Shown here: piece by piece, positions 44,466 through 53,230 of the stretch
How positions within the stretch are numbered: the stretch's first letter is position 1
Layout: each line of letters begins with the position of its first letter
Assembly: GCF_001677475.2 (NCBI RefSeq)
Contig: NZ_CP015229.1
Source: Escherichia coli
GTDB taxonomy: Bacteria; Pseudomonadota; Gammaproteobacteria; Enterobacterales; Enterobacteriaceae
Length of the DNA stretch: 64,000 bases
Strand: one strand, 5' to 3'
The notes under the pieces: model-generated
Seen by the model: only the letters and a program-made list of their open reading frames with translations
Database searches by the model: none
What the model was told of the DNA's origin: nothing
Position numbers and translations under genes: made by a program

Positions 44466-45698
44466 ATGTCGTCATTTGATTACCTGAAAACTGCCATCAA
44501 GCAACAGGGCTGCACGCTACAGCAGGTAGCTGATGCCAGCGGTATGACCAAAGGGTATTTAAGCCAGTTACTGAATGCCAAAATTAAAAGCCCCAGCGCG
44601 CAAAAGCTGGAGGCGCTGCACCGTTTTTTGGGGCTTGAATTTCCCCGGCAGAAGAAAACCATTGGTGTCGTATTCGGTAAGTTCTACCCGCTGCATACCG
44701 GACATATCTACCTTATCCAGCGCGCCTGTAGCCAGGTTGACGAGCTGCATATCATTATGGGTTTTGACGATACCCGCGACCGCGCGTTGTTTGAAGACAG
44801 CGCCATGTCGCAGCAGCCCACCGTGCCGGATCGTCTGCGCTGGTTATTGCAAACCTTTAAATATCAGAAAAATATCCGTATTCATGCTTTCAACGAAGAG
44901 GGCATGGAGCCGTATCCGCACGGCTGGGATGTGTGGAGCAACGGCATCAAAAAGTTTATGGCTGAAAAGGGGATCCAGCCGGACCTGATCTACACCTCGG
45001 AAGAAGCCGATGCGCCACAGTATATGGAACATCTGGGGATCGAAACGGTGCTGGTCGATCCGAAGCGTACCTTTATGAGTATCAGCGGTGCGCAGATCCG
45101 CGAAAACCCGTTCCGCTACTGGGAATATATTCCCACCGAAGTGAAGCCGTTCTTTGTGCGTACCGTGGCGATCCTTGGCGGTGAGTCGAGCGGTAAATCC
45201 ACCCTGGTAAACAAACTTGCTAATATCTTCAACACTACCAGTGCATGGGAATATGGTCGCGATTATGTCTTTTCACACCTTGGCGGTGATGAGATCGCAT
45301 TGCAGTATTCCGACTACGATAAAATCGCGCTGGGACACGCTCAATACATTGATTTTGCAGTGAAATATGCCAATAAAGTGGCGTTTATTGACACTGATTT
45401 TGTCACTACCCAGGCGTTTTGTAAAAAGTACGAAGGGCGTGAGCATCCGTTCGTGCAGGCGCTGATCGATGAATACCGTTTTGATCTGGTTATCTTGCTG
45501 GAGAACAACACCCCTTGGGTGGCGGATGGTTTACGCAGCCTCGGCAGTTCGGTGGATCGCAAAGAGTTCCAGAACTTGCTGGTGGAGATGCTGGAAGAGA
45601 ACAATATCGAATTTGTGCGGGTTGAAGAGGACGATTACGACAGCCGTTTCCTGCGCTGTGTGGAGCTGGTGCGGGAGATGATGGGGGAGCAGAGATAA
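44466..45698 (+). CDS. nadR: NadR: NAD biosynthesis regulator / NMN adenylyltransferase / ribosylnicotinamide kinase
   Basis: 410 aa from the internal ATG; N-terminal HTH, GKFYPLHTGH adenylyltransferase motif, Walker A GGESSGKST. Confidence 0.95.
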   Translation: MSSFDYLKTAIKQQGCTLQQVADASGMTKGYLSQLLNAKIKSPSAQKLEALHRFLGLEFPRQKKTIGVVFGKFYPLHTGHIYLIQRACSQVDELHIIMGFDDTRDRALFEDSAMSQQPTVPDRLRWLLQTFKYQKNIRIHAFNEEGMEPYPHGWDVWSNGIKKFMAEKGIQPDLIYTSEEADAPQYMEHLGIETVLVDPKRTFMSISGAQIRENPFRYWEYIPTEVKPFFVRTVAILGGESSGKSTLVNKLANIFNTTSAWEYGRDYVFSHLGGDEIALQYSDYDKIALGHAQYIDFAVKYANKVAFIDTDFVTTQAFCKKYEGREHPFVQALIDEYRFDLVILLENNTPWVADGLRSLGSSVDRKEFQNLLVEMLEENNIEFVRVEEDDYDSRFLRCVELVREMMGEQR

Positions 45699-45736
45699 TC
45701 ATCTTTATAAGATGTTGAGTGGGATTACTAATTCAA

Positions 45737-45771
45737 AAGTGTACTTAGTACTCCATTTCGGTGTACAATGT
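45737..45771 (+). promoter_or_regulatory. Two operator-like 13-mers (GTGTAC-N3-GTAC) in the promoter of the toxin-antitoxin pair
   Basis: gtgtacttagtac (45737-45749) and gtgtacaatgtac (45759-45771), centres 22 bp apart, just upstream of the SD ggagggg and the ATG at 45790. Confidence 0.4.
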
Positions 45772-45789
45772 ACCTGCCAGGGAGGGGTG

Positions 45790-46122
45790 ATGGGCAAGGC
45801 GATAATATTTATAGAGACGCCAATGTTTACGCGTCAGATCAAGCAGATTGCAACCGATGATGAATTAAAGGAATTACAAAAAGAACTCATCGGAACTCCC
45901 GATAAAGGTGATCTCATTCAGCAGACTGGTGGATTGCGTAAAGTCCGAATGGCTGCGGGTTCACAGGGAAAAAGTGGCAGTGTCAGAATAATTTACTTTC
46001 TGGCGACGGAAGAGATTATTTATTTGATTATGGCCTATCCGAAAAATGCCAAAGATAGTCTGACAGATACGGAAAAAGCTCAACTAAAGAAGTTGACGAA
46101 ACTGCTCAAAGGCGAGGTATAA
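45790..46122 (+). CDS. RelE/ParE-superfamily toxin, HigB-2 / Gp49-like
   Basis: 110 aa; GTGGLRK-V/I-R ... GKSGS-RIIYF ... AYPKN...LT core matches HigB-2-type toxins as I recall them; toxin-first gene order. Confidence 0.65.
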   Translation: MGKAIIFIETPMFTRQIKQIATDDELKELQKELIGTPDKGDLIQQTGGLRKVRMAAGSQGKSGSVRIIYFLATEEIIYLIMAYPKNAKDSLTDTEKAQLKKLTKLLKGEV

Positions 46123-46123
46123 A

Positions 46124-46408
46124 ATGAGTTTTTTTGATGAGTTGAAAACCTCTCTGGAAGAGGCTGTCGAGATTAAACAAGGTTTAAAAGAACCTGCACG
46201 GGTGACCCGCTACGAAATTGCGGATGTTAAAGCTATTCGTGAGCAACTCAACGTTTCTCAAAGTGAGATGGCAAAAGCTCTGGGAACCAGTGTGGATACC
46301 ATTAAAAGCTGGGAATCGAAGCGAAGAAATCCTACGGGATTGGCTGCAAAAGTACTTGCCACAATTAAAGAAAATCCTGCCTTTTTCCGGGAACTTGCCT
46401 CCCATTAA
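46124..46408 (+). CDS. XRE-family HTH antitoxin, HigA-2-like
   Basis: 94 aa; starts 1 nt after the toxin stop; C-terminal HTH LNVSQSEMAKALGTSVDTIKSWESKRRNPTG. Confidence 0.65.
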   Translation: MSFFDELKTSLEEAVEIKQGLKEPARVTRYEIADVKAIREQLNVSQSEMAKALGTSVDTIKSWESKRRNPTGLAAKVLATIKENPAFFRELASH

Positions 46409-47224
46409 TCATTTAACTAATACCGGATGCGATGCTGGCGCGCCGCACCCGGCATTTTACGCATTACTTCGCAATACGCTTGTACTTGATACGCTTCGGC
46501 TCCAGCGCGTTTGCGCCCAGCGTGCGTTTTTTGTACTCTTCGTACTCGGTAAAGTTACCTTCGAAGAACTCAACTTTACCTTCATCCTGGTAGTCCAGGA
46601 CGTGGGTGGCGATATGGTCGAGGAACCAACGGTCGTGCGAGATAACCATCGCGCAGCCCGGGAACTCCAGCAGGGCGTTTTCCAGCGCGCGCAGGGTTTC
46701 GATATTCAGGTCGTTAGTTGGTTCGTCGAGCAGCAGCATGTTGCCGCCAACCTGCAGCAGCTTCGCCAGATGCAGACGACCGCGCTCACCACCGGAAAGT
46801 TCACCAACGCGTTTACCTTAAAGTTAAAGCGGCCAACGTAGGCGCGGCTTGGCATCTCGGTGTTGCCGATCTTCATGATATCCAGCCCGCCGGAAACTTC
46901 TTCCCAAACGGTTTTGCGGTTATCCATTGAGTCACGGAACTGATCAACCGATGCCAGTTTCACCGTTTCACCCAGAGTGATAGTGCCGCTGTCCGGCTGT
47001 TCCTGACCAGAGATCATACGGAACAACGTCGATTTGCCCGTACCGTTCGGACCGATGATCCCGACGATCGCTCCTTTCGGGATCGAGAAGCTCAGGGAGT
47101 CAATCAGCAGACGATCGCCATAGGATTTACGCAGGTTGCTGACTTCCAGCACTTTGTCGCCCAGACACGGTCCAGGTGGAATAAACAGTTCGTTGGTTTC
47201 GTTGCGTTTCTGATATTCGGTGCT
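46371..47224. repeat. Direct repeat copy 1 (~855 bp): antitoxin 3' end plus a decayed ettA 3' third
   Basis: About 95 percent identical to 51271-52126, with small deletions (for example ~14 bp near 46815) and scattered substitutions. Confidence 0.85.
46464..47224 (-). pseudogene. ettA 3'-terminal fragment (second ABC-F ATPase domain), frameshifted
   Basis: ORFs 46464..46739 and 46706..47152 together are collinear with the C-terminal ~250 aa of EttA but in two frames, with several substitutions relative to the intact copy. Confidence 0.85.
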
Positions 47225-47302
47225 TCATACTCCAACCGACCAGTTGCGTAGCCAGAATGCAATCAAATCTGACAGTCCGCTTCTGCGCGCGCTTTGGTCT
47301 AT

Positions 47303-47488
47303 TTACCGGAGTAAATCAGCGGGCCGTGGAAAATTATGCGCAGCGCTTCTGCTGATTTGCGTACCTTCGCTGATGATAAGTCCTGCACTAGCGCGCTGCG
47401 CGTAATAGTTCGCCATCATGTCAGTCGCAACGTCACCCGCACGGGAACGTGTCATCGGTGGCATTACAATACGGTTTTTTAATGGCAA
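47303..47488 (-). pseudogene. Old-yellow-enzyme family NADH:flavin oxidoreductase, N-terminal remnant
   Basis: 61 aa fragment PLKNRIVMPPMTRSRAGD...YYAQRASAGLIISEGTQIS is the conserved OYE N-terminal block; in-frame stop 9 codons upstream and no continuation. Confidence 0.5.
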
Positions 47489-47536
47489 CGCATTCAGCGC
47501 ATATTTAGCAAATTACGTAATGGGTCCCTTGCGCGG

Positions 47537-47749
47537 TTATTTGTACAGTTCGGCACTCATGGTGACGGTATTGCCCATGCGAGCGCTGGTGATTTTGTAT
47601 TCAGAGGCGTTTATCTCTTTCGCTTTCTGCGCAATAACCGCTTCAGCGGAATCCAGTGTTGTACCGGTTGCTGTCACGCTTTGCGCCGATGCGTTAAACG
47701 CCGCGACAGAGAAAAGAGAAGCTGTAAAAATTGCGATGATCGTTTTCAT
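47537..47749 (-). CDS. DUF1471 (YdgH/BhsA/McbA-like) small secreted protein
   Basis: 70 aa from the internal ATG; signal peptide MKTIIAIFTASLFSVAAFNASA; C-terminal ITSA...YK pattern of the family. Confidence 0.7.
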   Translation of the reverse strand: MKTIIAIFTASLFSVAAFNASAQSVTATGTTLDSAEAVIAQKAKEINASEYKITSARMGNTVTMSAELYK

Positions 47750-47906
47750 GTTTATATTCCAGAGTGTCTTAATTGTTTGGCGTTTATTAACGCGATGGGA
47801 AGAGAATACGCCTGCTGCCTGATAACATAAATGATACAAATGACAATAGACTATTCTGTTTTTGTTAATAATCAGACGCCGGACGTTCCGACGCCTGTCG
47901 ATCGCA

Positions 47907-48323
47907 TCAGGCAACAAAGTTGTCCTTCAGCGCCTTGAGACCATCCCGATAAATGCCGGTAAACAGCGCCTCGGCCTCTTCGTTCGTCACATTCACCGGG
48001 GTGAATTCACCGAACCATTCCACACGGGAAACCTGGCTGTCGGCGGTTTCATGAACGGTAATGGTGGAGAGGTAATCCACCACCGGGAACGGTGCCTGAA
48101 TAATGGAATAGGTATAACTGCGTTGACGGTTATCAAACGCTTCCAGACGTTCAACCACAGTGCCGCCGTCAGAGGTTGTCAGCGAACGAACGCGACCGCC
48201 TTCTGTCACCACGCTTTTCGGGATGAATGGCAGCCAGTCTGGCAGCGCATCAAAGCCGCCCATCAATTGCCATACTGCGTCGGCAGAAGCCGGAATTTCG
48301 ATCGATACAGTTGTTTTAGCCAT
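47907..48323 (-). CDS. SRPBCC-family (Bet v1-like / polyketide cyclase-like) protein
   Basis: 138 aa; size and secondary-structure pattern of SRPBCC ligand-binding proteins; co-directional with the reductase genes. Confidence 0.6.
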   Translation of the reverse strand: MAKTTVSIEIPASADAVWQLMGGFDALPDWLPFIPKSVVTEGGRVRSLTTSDGGTVVERLEAFDNRQRSYTYSIIQAPFPVVDYLSTITVHETADSQVSRVEWFGEFTPVNVTNEEAEALFTGIYRDGLKALKDNFVA

Positions 48324-48348
48324 GATAATTTTCTCTTAATTTGTAGGG

Positions 48349-49146
48349 TTACATTGTCAGGGTGTCGACGACGCCGCCATCGACGCGCAGGGCTGCCCCT
48401 GTGGTTGCCGAGGAAAGCGGTGACGCGAGATAAACCGCCAGATTCGCCACTTCTTCCACATCCGCCGCACGCTGGATGATGGAGCTCGGACGCGAGGTTT
48501 TAACAAACTCATCGGCCTGTTCACGCGCACTGCGCCCCGATTGTGCAGCGGCATCCGCCAGCATCTCTTTCAGGCCATCGGTAAAGGTTGGCCCTGGCAG
48601 AATGGCGTTGACGGTCACACCGGTCCCTGCCAGTCGTTTCGCCAGACCATGAGAAACCGCCAGATTCGCGGCTTTGGTGACGCCGTAGTTGATCATGTCG
48701 CCAGGGATTGCCACGCCGGATTCAGACGAGACAAAGATAATCCGCCCCCAGCCCTGTTTCGTCATGCCTGGCGCATAGTGACGCGCCAGACGAACGCCGG
48801 AGAGGACGTTGACGTTATAGAAGTGCATCCACTCATCATCCGGAACGCTAAAGAAATCTTTATCGTTAAAAATGCCCAGATTATTGACCAGCACATCAGC
48901 CGTTGGGACTGCAGCGATCAGCGCAGCCACGCCGTCTTCGGTGCTGAGATCGGCCACCACGCCGCGCAGTGACGCCGTGGGAGTTTGTGCCGCAATCGCA
49001 GCCATGGCATCATCAACGCCGCGCTGTTTACGGCCGACGACAACCACCGTTGCGCCTGCTTTTGCCAGTCCGGCGGCGATACCCTGCCCAATGCCGGAGG
49101 TTGAGCCGCTGACCACCGCGACTTTACCTGTCAGATCCAGTTTCAT
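48349..49146 (-). CDS. Short-chain dehydrogenase/reductase (SDR) family oxidoreductase
   Basis: 265 aa from the internal ATG MKLDLTGKVAVVSGSTSGIGQG (TGxxxGxG cofactor motif); NNLG motif. Confidence 0.85.
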   Translation of the reverse strand: MKLDLTGKVAVVSGSTSGIGQGIAAGLAKAGATVVVVGRKQRGVDDAMAAIAAQTPTASLRGVVADLSTEDGVAALIAAVPTADVLVNNLGIFNDKDFFSVPDDEWMHFYNVNVLSGVRLARHYAPGMTKQGWGRIIFVSSESGVAIPGDMINYGVTKAANLAVSHGLAKRLAGTGVTVNAILPGPTFTDGLKEMLADAAAQSGRSAREQADEFVKTSRPSSIIQRAADVEEVANLAVYLASPLSSATTGAALRVDGGVVDTLTM

Positions 49147-49165
49147 CGTTTTCTCACCAGGTTGA

Positions 49166-50176
49166 TTAACGGGTCGGCAGCGGAGCGTTTTCCGCAACCA
49201 GATTTTGACGGCGCATTTCTGCCCAGAATTCAGCCGGAACAGGCGCATTCAGTGCAGCCAGATCTTCTGCCATACGGCCAGGACGGCTGGAGCCAGGAAT
49301 AACCGCTGCAACGGCCGGGTTTGCCAGCGCGAACTGCAGCGCAGCTGCTTTAACGTTCACATTGAAACGTGTGGCAATGGCGTTAATTTGCGCCACTTTC
49401 TGCTGGATGGCCGCAGAGGCTTTCTGATATTCAAAGTGCTCGCCGCCTGCCAGTACGCCAGAGCTGTATGGACCGCCCACAACGATATCCACGTTCTGTT
49501 CCAGTGCTTCTGGCATCAGGCGTTGCAGCGCACGTTCGTGATCCAGCAGGGAATAACGCCCCGCCAGCAGGAAAGCATCTGGCTTCGGTTCGTCCAGCGC
49601 CAGCGTCAGTTCGCAAGGTTCGACGCGGTTCACACCTAGTCCCCAGGCTTTAATCACACCTTCGTCACGCAAACGTGTCAGTGCACGAAACGCACCGGTA
49701 CGGGCAATGTTGAACTGCTCCAGCCAGCTGTCACCGTAGAAGTCCTGCGCCGGGTCGTGGATCCAGACAATGTCCAGACGGTCTGTTTTCAGGCGTTTCA
49801 GGCTGTCTTCAATCGAGCGCAGCGTGGCGTCAGCAGAGTAGTCATTCAGAATTTTGTTTTTCAGGCCGTGTTCGAACAGGCCACCTTTTTCACCGAAATC
49901 CCGTTTTGCCGGATCTTCCATTTCGTCCAGCATGATGCGACCGACTTTGCTACTCAGAACGTATTCATCGCGTGGATACTGAGACAGCGCTTCACCCATG
50001 CGGATTTCAGAAAGGCCAGAGCCGTACAGCGGCGCGGTATCAAAGTAACGCACACCCAGGTTCCAGGCTTCGCTCACGGTGGCGTGGGCCTCTTCTTCCG
50101 GAATGGCACGGAACATGTTGCCGAGTGGTGCGCCGCCTAAGCCAATTTTGCCGGGGAGTAAATTTTTAATGCTCAT
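49166..50176 (-). CDS. Aldo-keto reductase family oxidoreductase
   Basis: 336 aa; AKR motifs (G.G...G, FDTAPLYG, IPGSSRP). Confidence 0.85.
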   Translation of the reverse strand: MSIKNLLPGKIGLGGAPLGNMFRAIPEEEAHATVSEAWNLGVRYFDTAPLYGSGLSEIRMGEALSQYPRDEYVLSSKVGRIMLDEMEDPAKRDFGEKGGLFEHGLKNKILNDYSADATLRSIEDSLKRLKTDRLDIVWIHDPAQDFYGDSWLEQFNIARTGAFRALTRLRDEGVIKAWGLGVNRVEPCELTLALDEPKPDAFLLAGRYSLLDHERALQRLMPEALEQNVDIVVGGPYSSGVLAGGEHFEYQKASAAIQQKVAQINAIATRFNVNVKAAALQFALANPAVAAVIPGSSRPGRMAEDLAALNAPVPAEFWAEMRRQNLVAENAPLPTR

Positions 50177-50309
50177 AAGATGTCCTCAATTATTCGGTTT
50201 GGGTTTGGGCGTTTTTTTGCTATCGCCCTGTGACGTGGATCACAATACCTTGCGAGGTTGTGACTTGATAGGACATAATTCGTCTGACTTAAGTCCTTTG
50301 AGGTCTAAC

Positions 50310-51197
50310 ATGATTGATTTACGCCAACTGAAGTACTTCGTGGTGGTCGCAGAAGAAGAGCACGTAGGACGCGCAGCCGAGCGATTACATATCTCGCAAT
50401 CGCCGCTGAGCCGCCAGATTGCACAACTGGAAGAACGGCTGGGGCTGACGCTGTTTGAGCGTAATCAGCAGCGCATTCGCCTGACCGCTGATGGACAGAC
50501 ATTCCTTGCCGAAACACGTTCGTTGCTGACACACGCCAACCGCCTGGAGTCGTTAGGCAAACGCCTGGGACGGGGGGAAGATGGTGGCTTGTGTATTGGC
50601 TATATCGAAAACGCCATGCATTCCGGTGTGCTTTCTACGGCGCTACGTACGTTACGTGTATCGCGTCCGAATGTGCATATCGCACTTTACAGCCAACCAC
50701 CGGCTACCCAGATTGAAGGCCTGCGCCAACGCAGTCTCGATTTTTCTCTGGTCGATACGCCGCCCACCGACAGCGAGCAGGATCTGGAATATATTCAGGT
50801 TCTGGATGATCGAATGTTGTTGGCCTTACCGCAAAATCATCCTCTGGCGCAGGAGGAAAATCTTGTTGCGTCACAACTTGGCGATGAGCAGTGGATTGCG
50901 GTGATTCATAACGACGATGCGCATTCTCGCGATCATTTTGTCGCCGCCTGTGTTAACGCCGGGTTTAATCCTGATATTCGCCTGGAAGCGGGTGAACCCC
51001 TCACGGCATTAGGTCTGGTCGCTGCGGGATTAGGTCTGGCCTTAATTCAAAATAGTCTGCGTCATAATGCGCCGGAAGGGGTGGTATTACGTGAATTGCC
51101 GTGGATGAATTATTCAACGCAATTATGGGCAGCCTGGCATAAAGCCAACCAACGTCCGCTGGTTTCCCATTTCCGCCAGATCCTGCGCGGTGAATAA
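50310..51197 (+). CDS. LysR-family transcriptional regulator, divergent from the AKR/SDR genes
   Basis: 295 aa from the internal ATG; N-terminal HTH LRQLKYFVVVAEEEHVGRAAERLHISQSPLSRQIAQLE; 133 bp divergent intergenic region. Confidence 0.85.
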   Translation: MIDLRQLKYFVVVAEEEHVGRAAERLHISQSPLSRQIAQLEERLGLTLFERNQQRIRLTADGQTFLAETRSLLTHANRLESLGKRLGRGEDGGLCIGYIENAMHSGVLSTALRTLRVSRPNVHIALYSQPPATQIEGLRQRSLDFSLVDTPPTDSEQDLEYIQVLDDRMLLALPQNHPLAQEENLVASQLGDEQWIAVIHNDDAHSRDHFVAACVNAGFNPDIRLEAGEPLTALGLVAAGLGLALIQNSLRHNAPEGVVLRELPWMNYSTQLWAAWHKANQRPLVSHFRQILRGE

Positions 51198-51270
51198 AAC
51201 GTTAAGCGGGAACCATGAGTTCCCGCTTGATTTGAGATGTCAGTCCGCATCTGAGCTAATACGCTTAAAG

Positions 51271-52126
51271 AAAATTTTGCTTTTTTCCGGGGACTAATCA
51301 TTTAACTAATACCGGATGCGATGCTGGCGCGCCGCATCCGGCATTTTACGCATTACTTCGCAATACGCTTGTACTTGATACGCTTCGGCTCCAGCGCGTC
51401 TGCGCCCAGCGTGCGTTTCTTGTACTCTTCGTACTCGGTAAAGTTACCTTCGAAGAACTCAACTTTACCTTCATCCTGGTAATCCAGAATGTGCGTGGCG
51501 ATACGGTCGAGGAACCAACGGTCGTGCGAGATAACCATCGCGCAGCCCGGGAACTCCAGCAGGGCGTTTTCCAGCGCGCGCAGGGTTTCGATATCCAGGT
51601 CGTTGGTTGGTTCGTCGAGCAGCAGCATGTTGCCGCCAACTTGCAGCAGCTTCGCCAGATGCAGACGACCGCGCTCACCGCCGGAGAGTTCACCAACGCG
51701 TTTACCCTGATCAACCCCTTTAAAGTTAAAGCGGCCAACGTAGGCGCGGCTTGGCATCTCGGTGTTGCCGATTTTCATGATATCCAGCCCGCCGGAAACT
51801 TCTTCCCAAACGGTTTTGCTGTTATCCATTGAGTCACGGAACTGATCAACCGATGCCAGTTTCACCGTTTCACCCAAAGTGATGGTGCCGCTGTCCGGCT
51901 GTTCCTGACCAGAGATCATACGGAACAGCGTCGATTTACCCGCACCGTTCGGACCGATGATCCCGACGATCGCCCCTTTCGGGATCGAGAAACTCAGGGA
52001 GTCAATCAGCAGACGATCGCCATAGGATTTACGCAGATTGCTGACTTCCAGCACTTTGTCGCCCAGACGCGGTCCAGGTGGAATAAACAGTTCGTTGGTT
52101 TCGTTACGTTTCTGATATTCGGTGCT
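51271..52126. repeat. Direct repeat copy 2 (~855 bp): degenerate antitoxin 3' remnant plus the intact ettA 3' third
   Basis: Partner of 46371-47224; here the ettA portion is intact and the ~40-bp antitoxin-end remnant carries a deletion. Confidence 0.85.
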
Positions 52127-53020
52127 GTTCAGTTCTTCAAAGCGCGCCAGACGTGCTTTACCTTTCGACTGACGGCCTTTAGTACCTTGACGTACCCACT
52201 CCAGCTCTTTCTCAATCGACTTACGACGCGCAGCTTCTTGTGAAGCTTCCTGCGCCAGACGCTGATCTTTCTGCTCCAGCCAGGAGGAGTAGTTACCTTC
52301 CCACGGAATACCTTCACCGCGGTCCAGTTCGAGGATCCAGCCCGCAACGTTATCGAGGAAGTAACGGTCGTGGGTAATCGCCACAACGGTGCCTTCGAAG
52401 TCGTGCAGGAAGCGTTCCAGCCAGGCCACGGATTCGGCATCCAGGTGGTTGGTCGGTTCGTCGAGCAGCAGCATGTCTGGTTTTTCCAGCAGCAGGCGGC
52501 ACAACGCCACGCGACGACGCTCACCACCGGAGAGGTTAGCGATTTTCGCGTCCCAGTCCGGCAGACGCAGCGCATCCGCCGCACGCTCCAGCTGAACGTT
52601 CAGGTTGTGACCGTCGTGAGCCTGAATGATCTCTTCCAGACGGCCTTGTTCAGCGGCCAGCTTGTCAAAATCGGCATCCGGATCGGCGTACAGTGCATAC
52701 ACTTCATCCAGGCGTTTCAGGGCGTTAACCACTTCAGAAACCGCTTCTTCAATGGACTCACGCACGGTGTGTTCCGGGTTCAGCTGCGGTTCCTGCGGCA
52801 GATAACCAATCTTGATATCCGGTTGCGGACGCGCTTCGCCTTCGATGTCTTTATCAATGCCCGCCATAATGCGCAGCAGGGTGGACTTACCCGCGCCGTT
52901 CAGACCCAGGACACCAATTTTTGCCCCAGGGAAGAAACTCAGAGAGATGTTTTTCAAAATATGACGTTTCGGCGGAACAACTTTGCCGACACGATGCATG
53001 GTATAAACGAATTGAGCCAC
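51353..53020 (-). CDS. ettA: Energy-dependent translational throttle protein EttA (ABC-F ATPase)
   Basis: 555 aa; two ABC domains with Walker A GLNGAGKST and GPNGAGKST and LSGGE signatures. Confidence 0.95.
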   Translation of the reverse strand: MAQFVYTMHRVGKVVPPKRHILKNISLSFFPGAKIGVLGLNGAGKSTLLRIMAGIDKDIEGEARPQPDIKIGYLPQEPQLNPEHTVRESIEEAVSEVVNALKRLDEVYALYADPDADFDKLAAEQGRLEEIIQAHDGHNLNVQLERAADALRLPDWDAKIANLSGGERRRVALCRLLLEKPDMLLLDEPTNHLDAESVAWLERFLHDFEGTVVAITHDRYFLDNVAGWILELDRGEGIPWEGNYSSWLEQKDQRLAQEASQEAARRKSIEKELEWVRQGTKGRQSKGKARLARFEELNSTEYQKRNETNELFIPPGPRLGDKVLEVSNLRKSYGDRLLIDSLSFSIPKGAIVGIIGPNGAGKSTLFRMISGQEQPDSGTITLGETVKLASVDQFRDSMDNSKTVWEEVSGGLDIMKIGNTEMPSRAYVGRFNFKGVDQGKRVGELSGGERGRLHLAKLLQVGGNMLLLDEPTNDLDIETLRALENALLEFPGCAMVISHDRWFLDRIATHILDYQDEGKVEFFEGNFTEYEEYKKRTLGADALEPKRIKYKRIAK

Positions 53021-53230
53021 GTTGGACTTCGCCTCTATGTTTATCGTGATGATGAGTTTTCAAAGGCGAAGTGTAGCCTGTTTCCTTATCTAATCCCAGC
53101 TGGTCAATCACCCTCGCAGTAAAAGTAAAAAAGTGTCCGTAACGTGGCGTAAACGGCAATGACTGGTTAGCATAAATCTATTACGCGGCATGACGCTGCA
53201 TTGATGTATTTACACTTAGAGGATGCGCTT

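Noticed and set aside
51346-53122. Alternative-frame and antisense ORFs over ettA (51346..51738 minus, 51489..51832 plus, 52129..52584 minus, 52370..53122 plus)
   Set aside because: ettA is intact in its own frame with both ABC domains; the others are frame artefacts. The same applies to the matching ORFs over the decayed copy (46218..46841, 46606..46821, 46718..46930).
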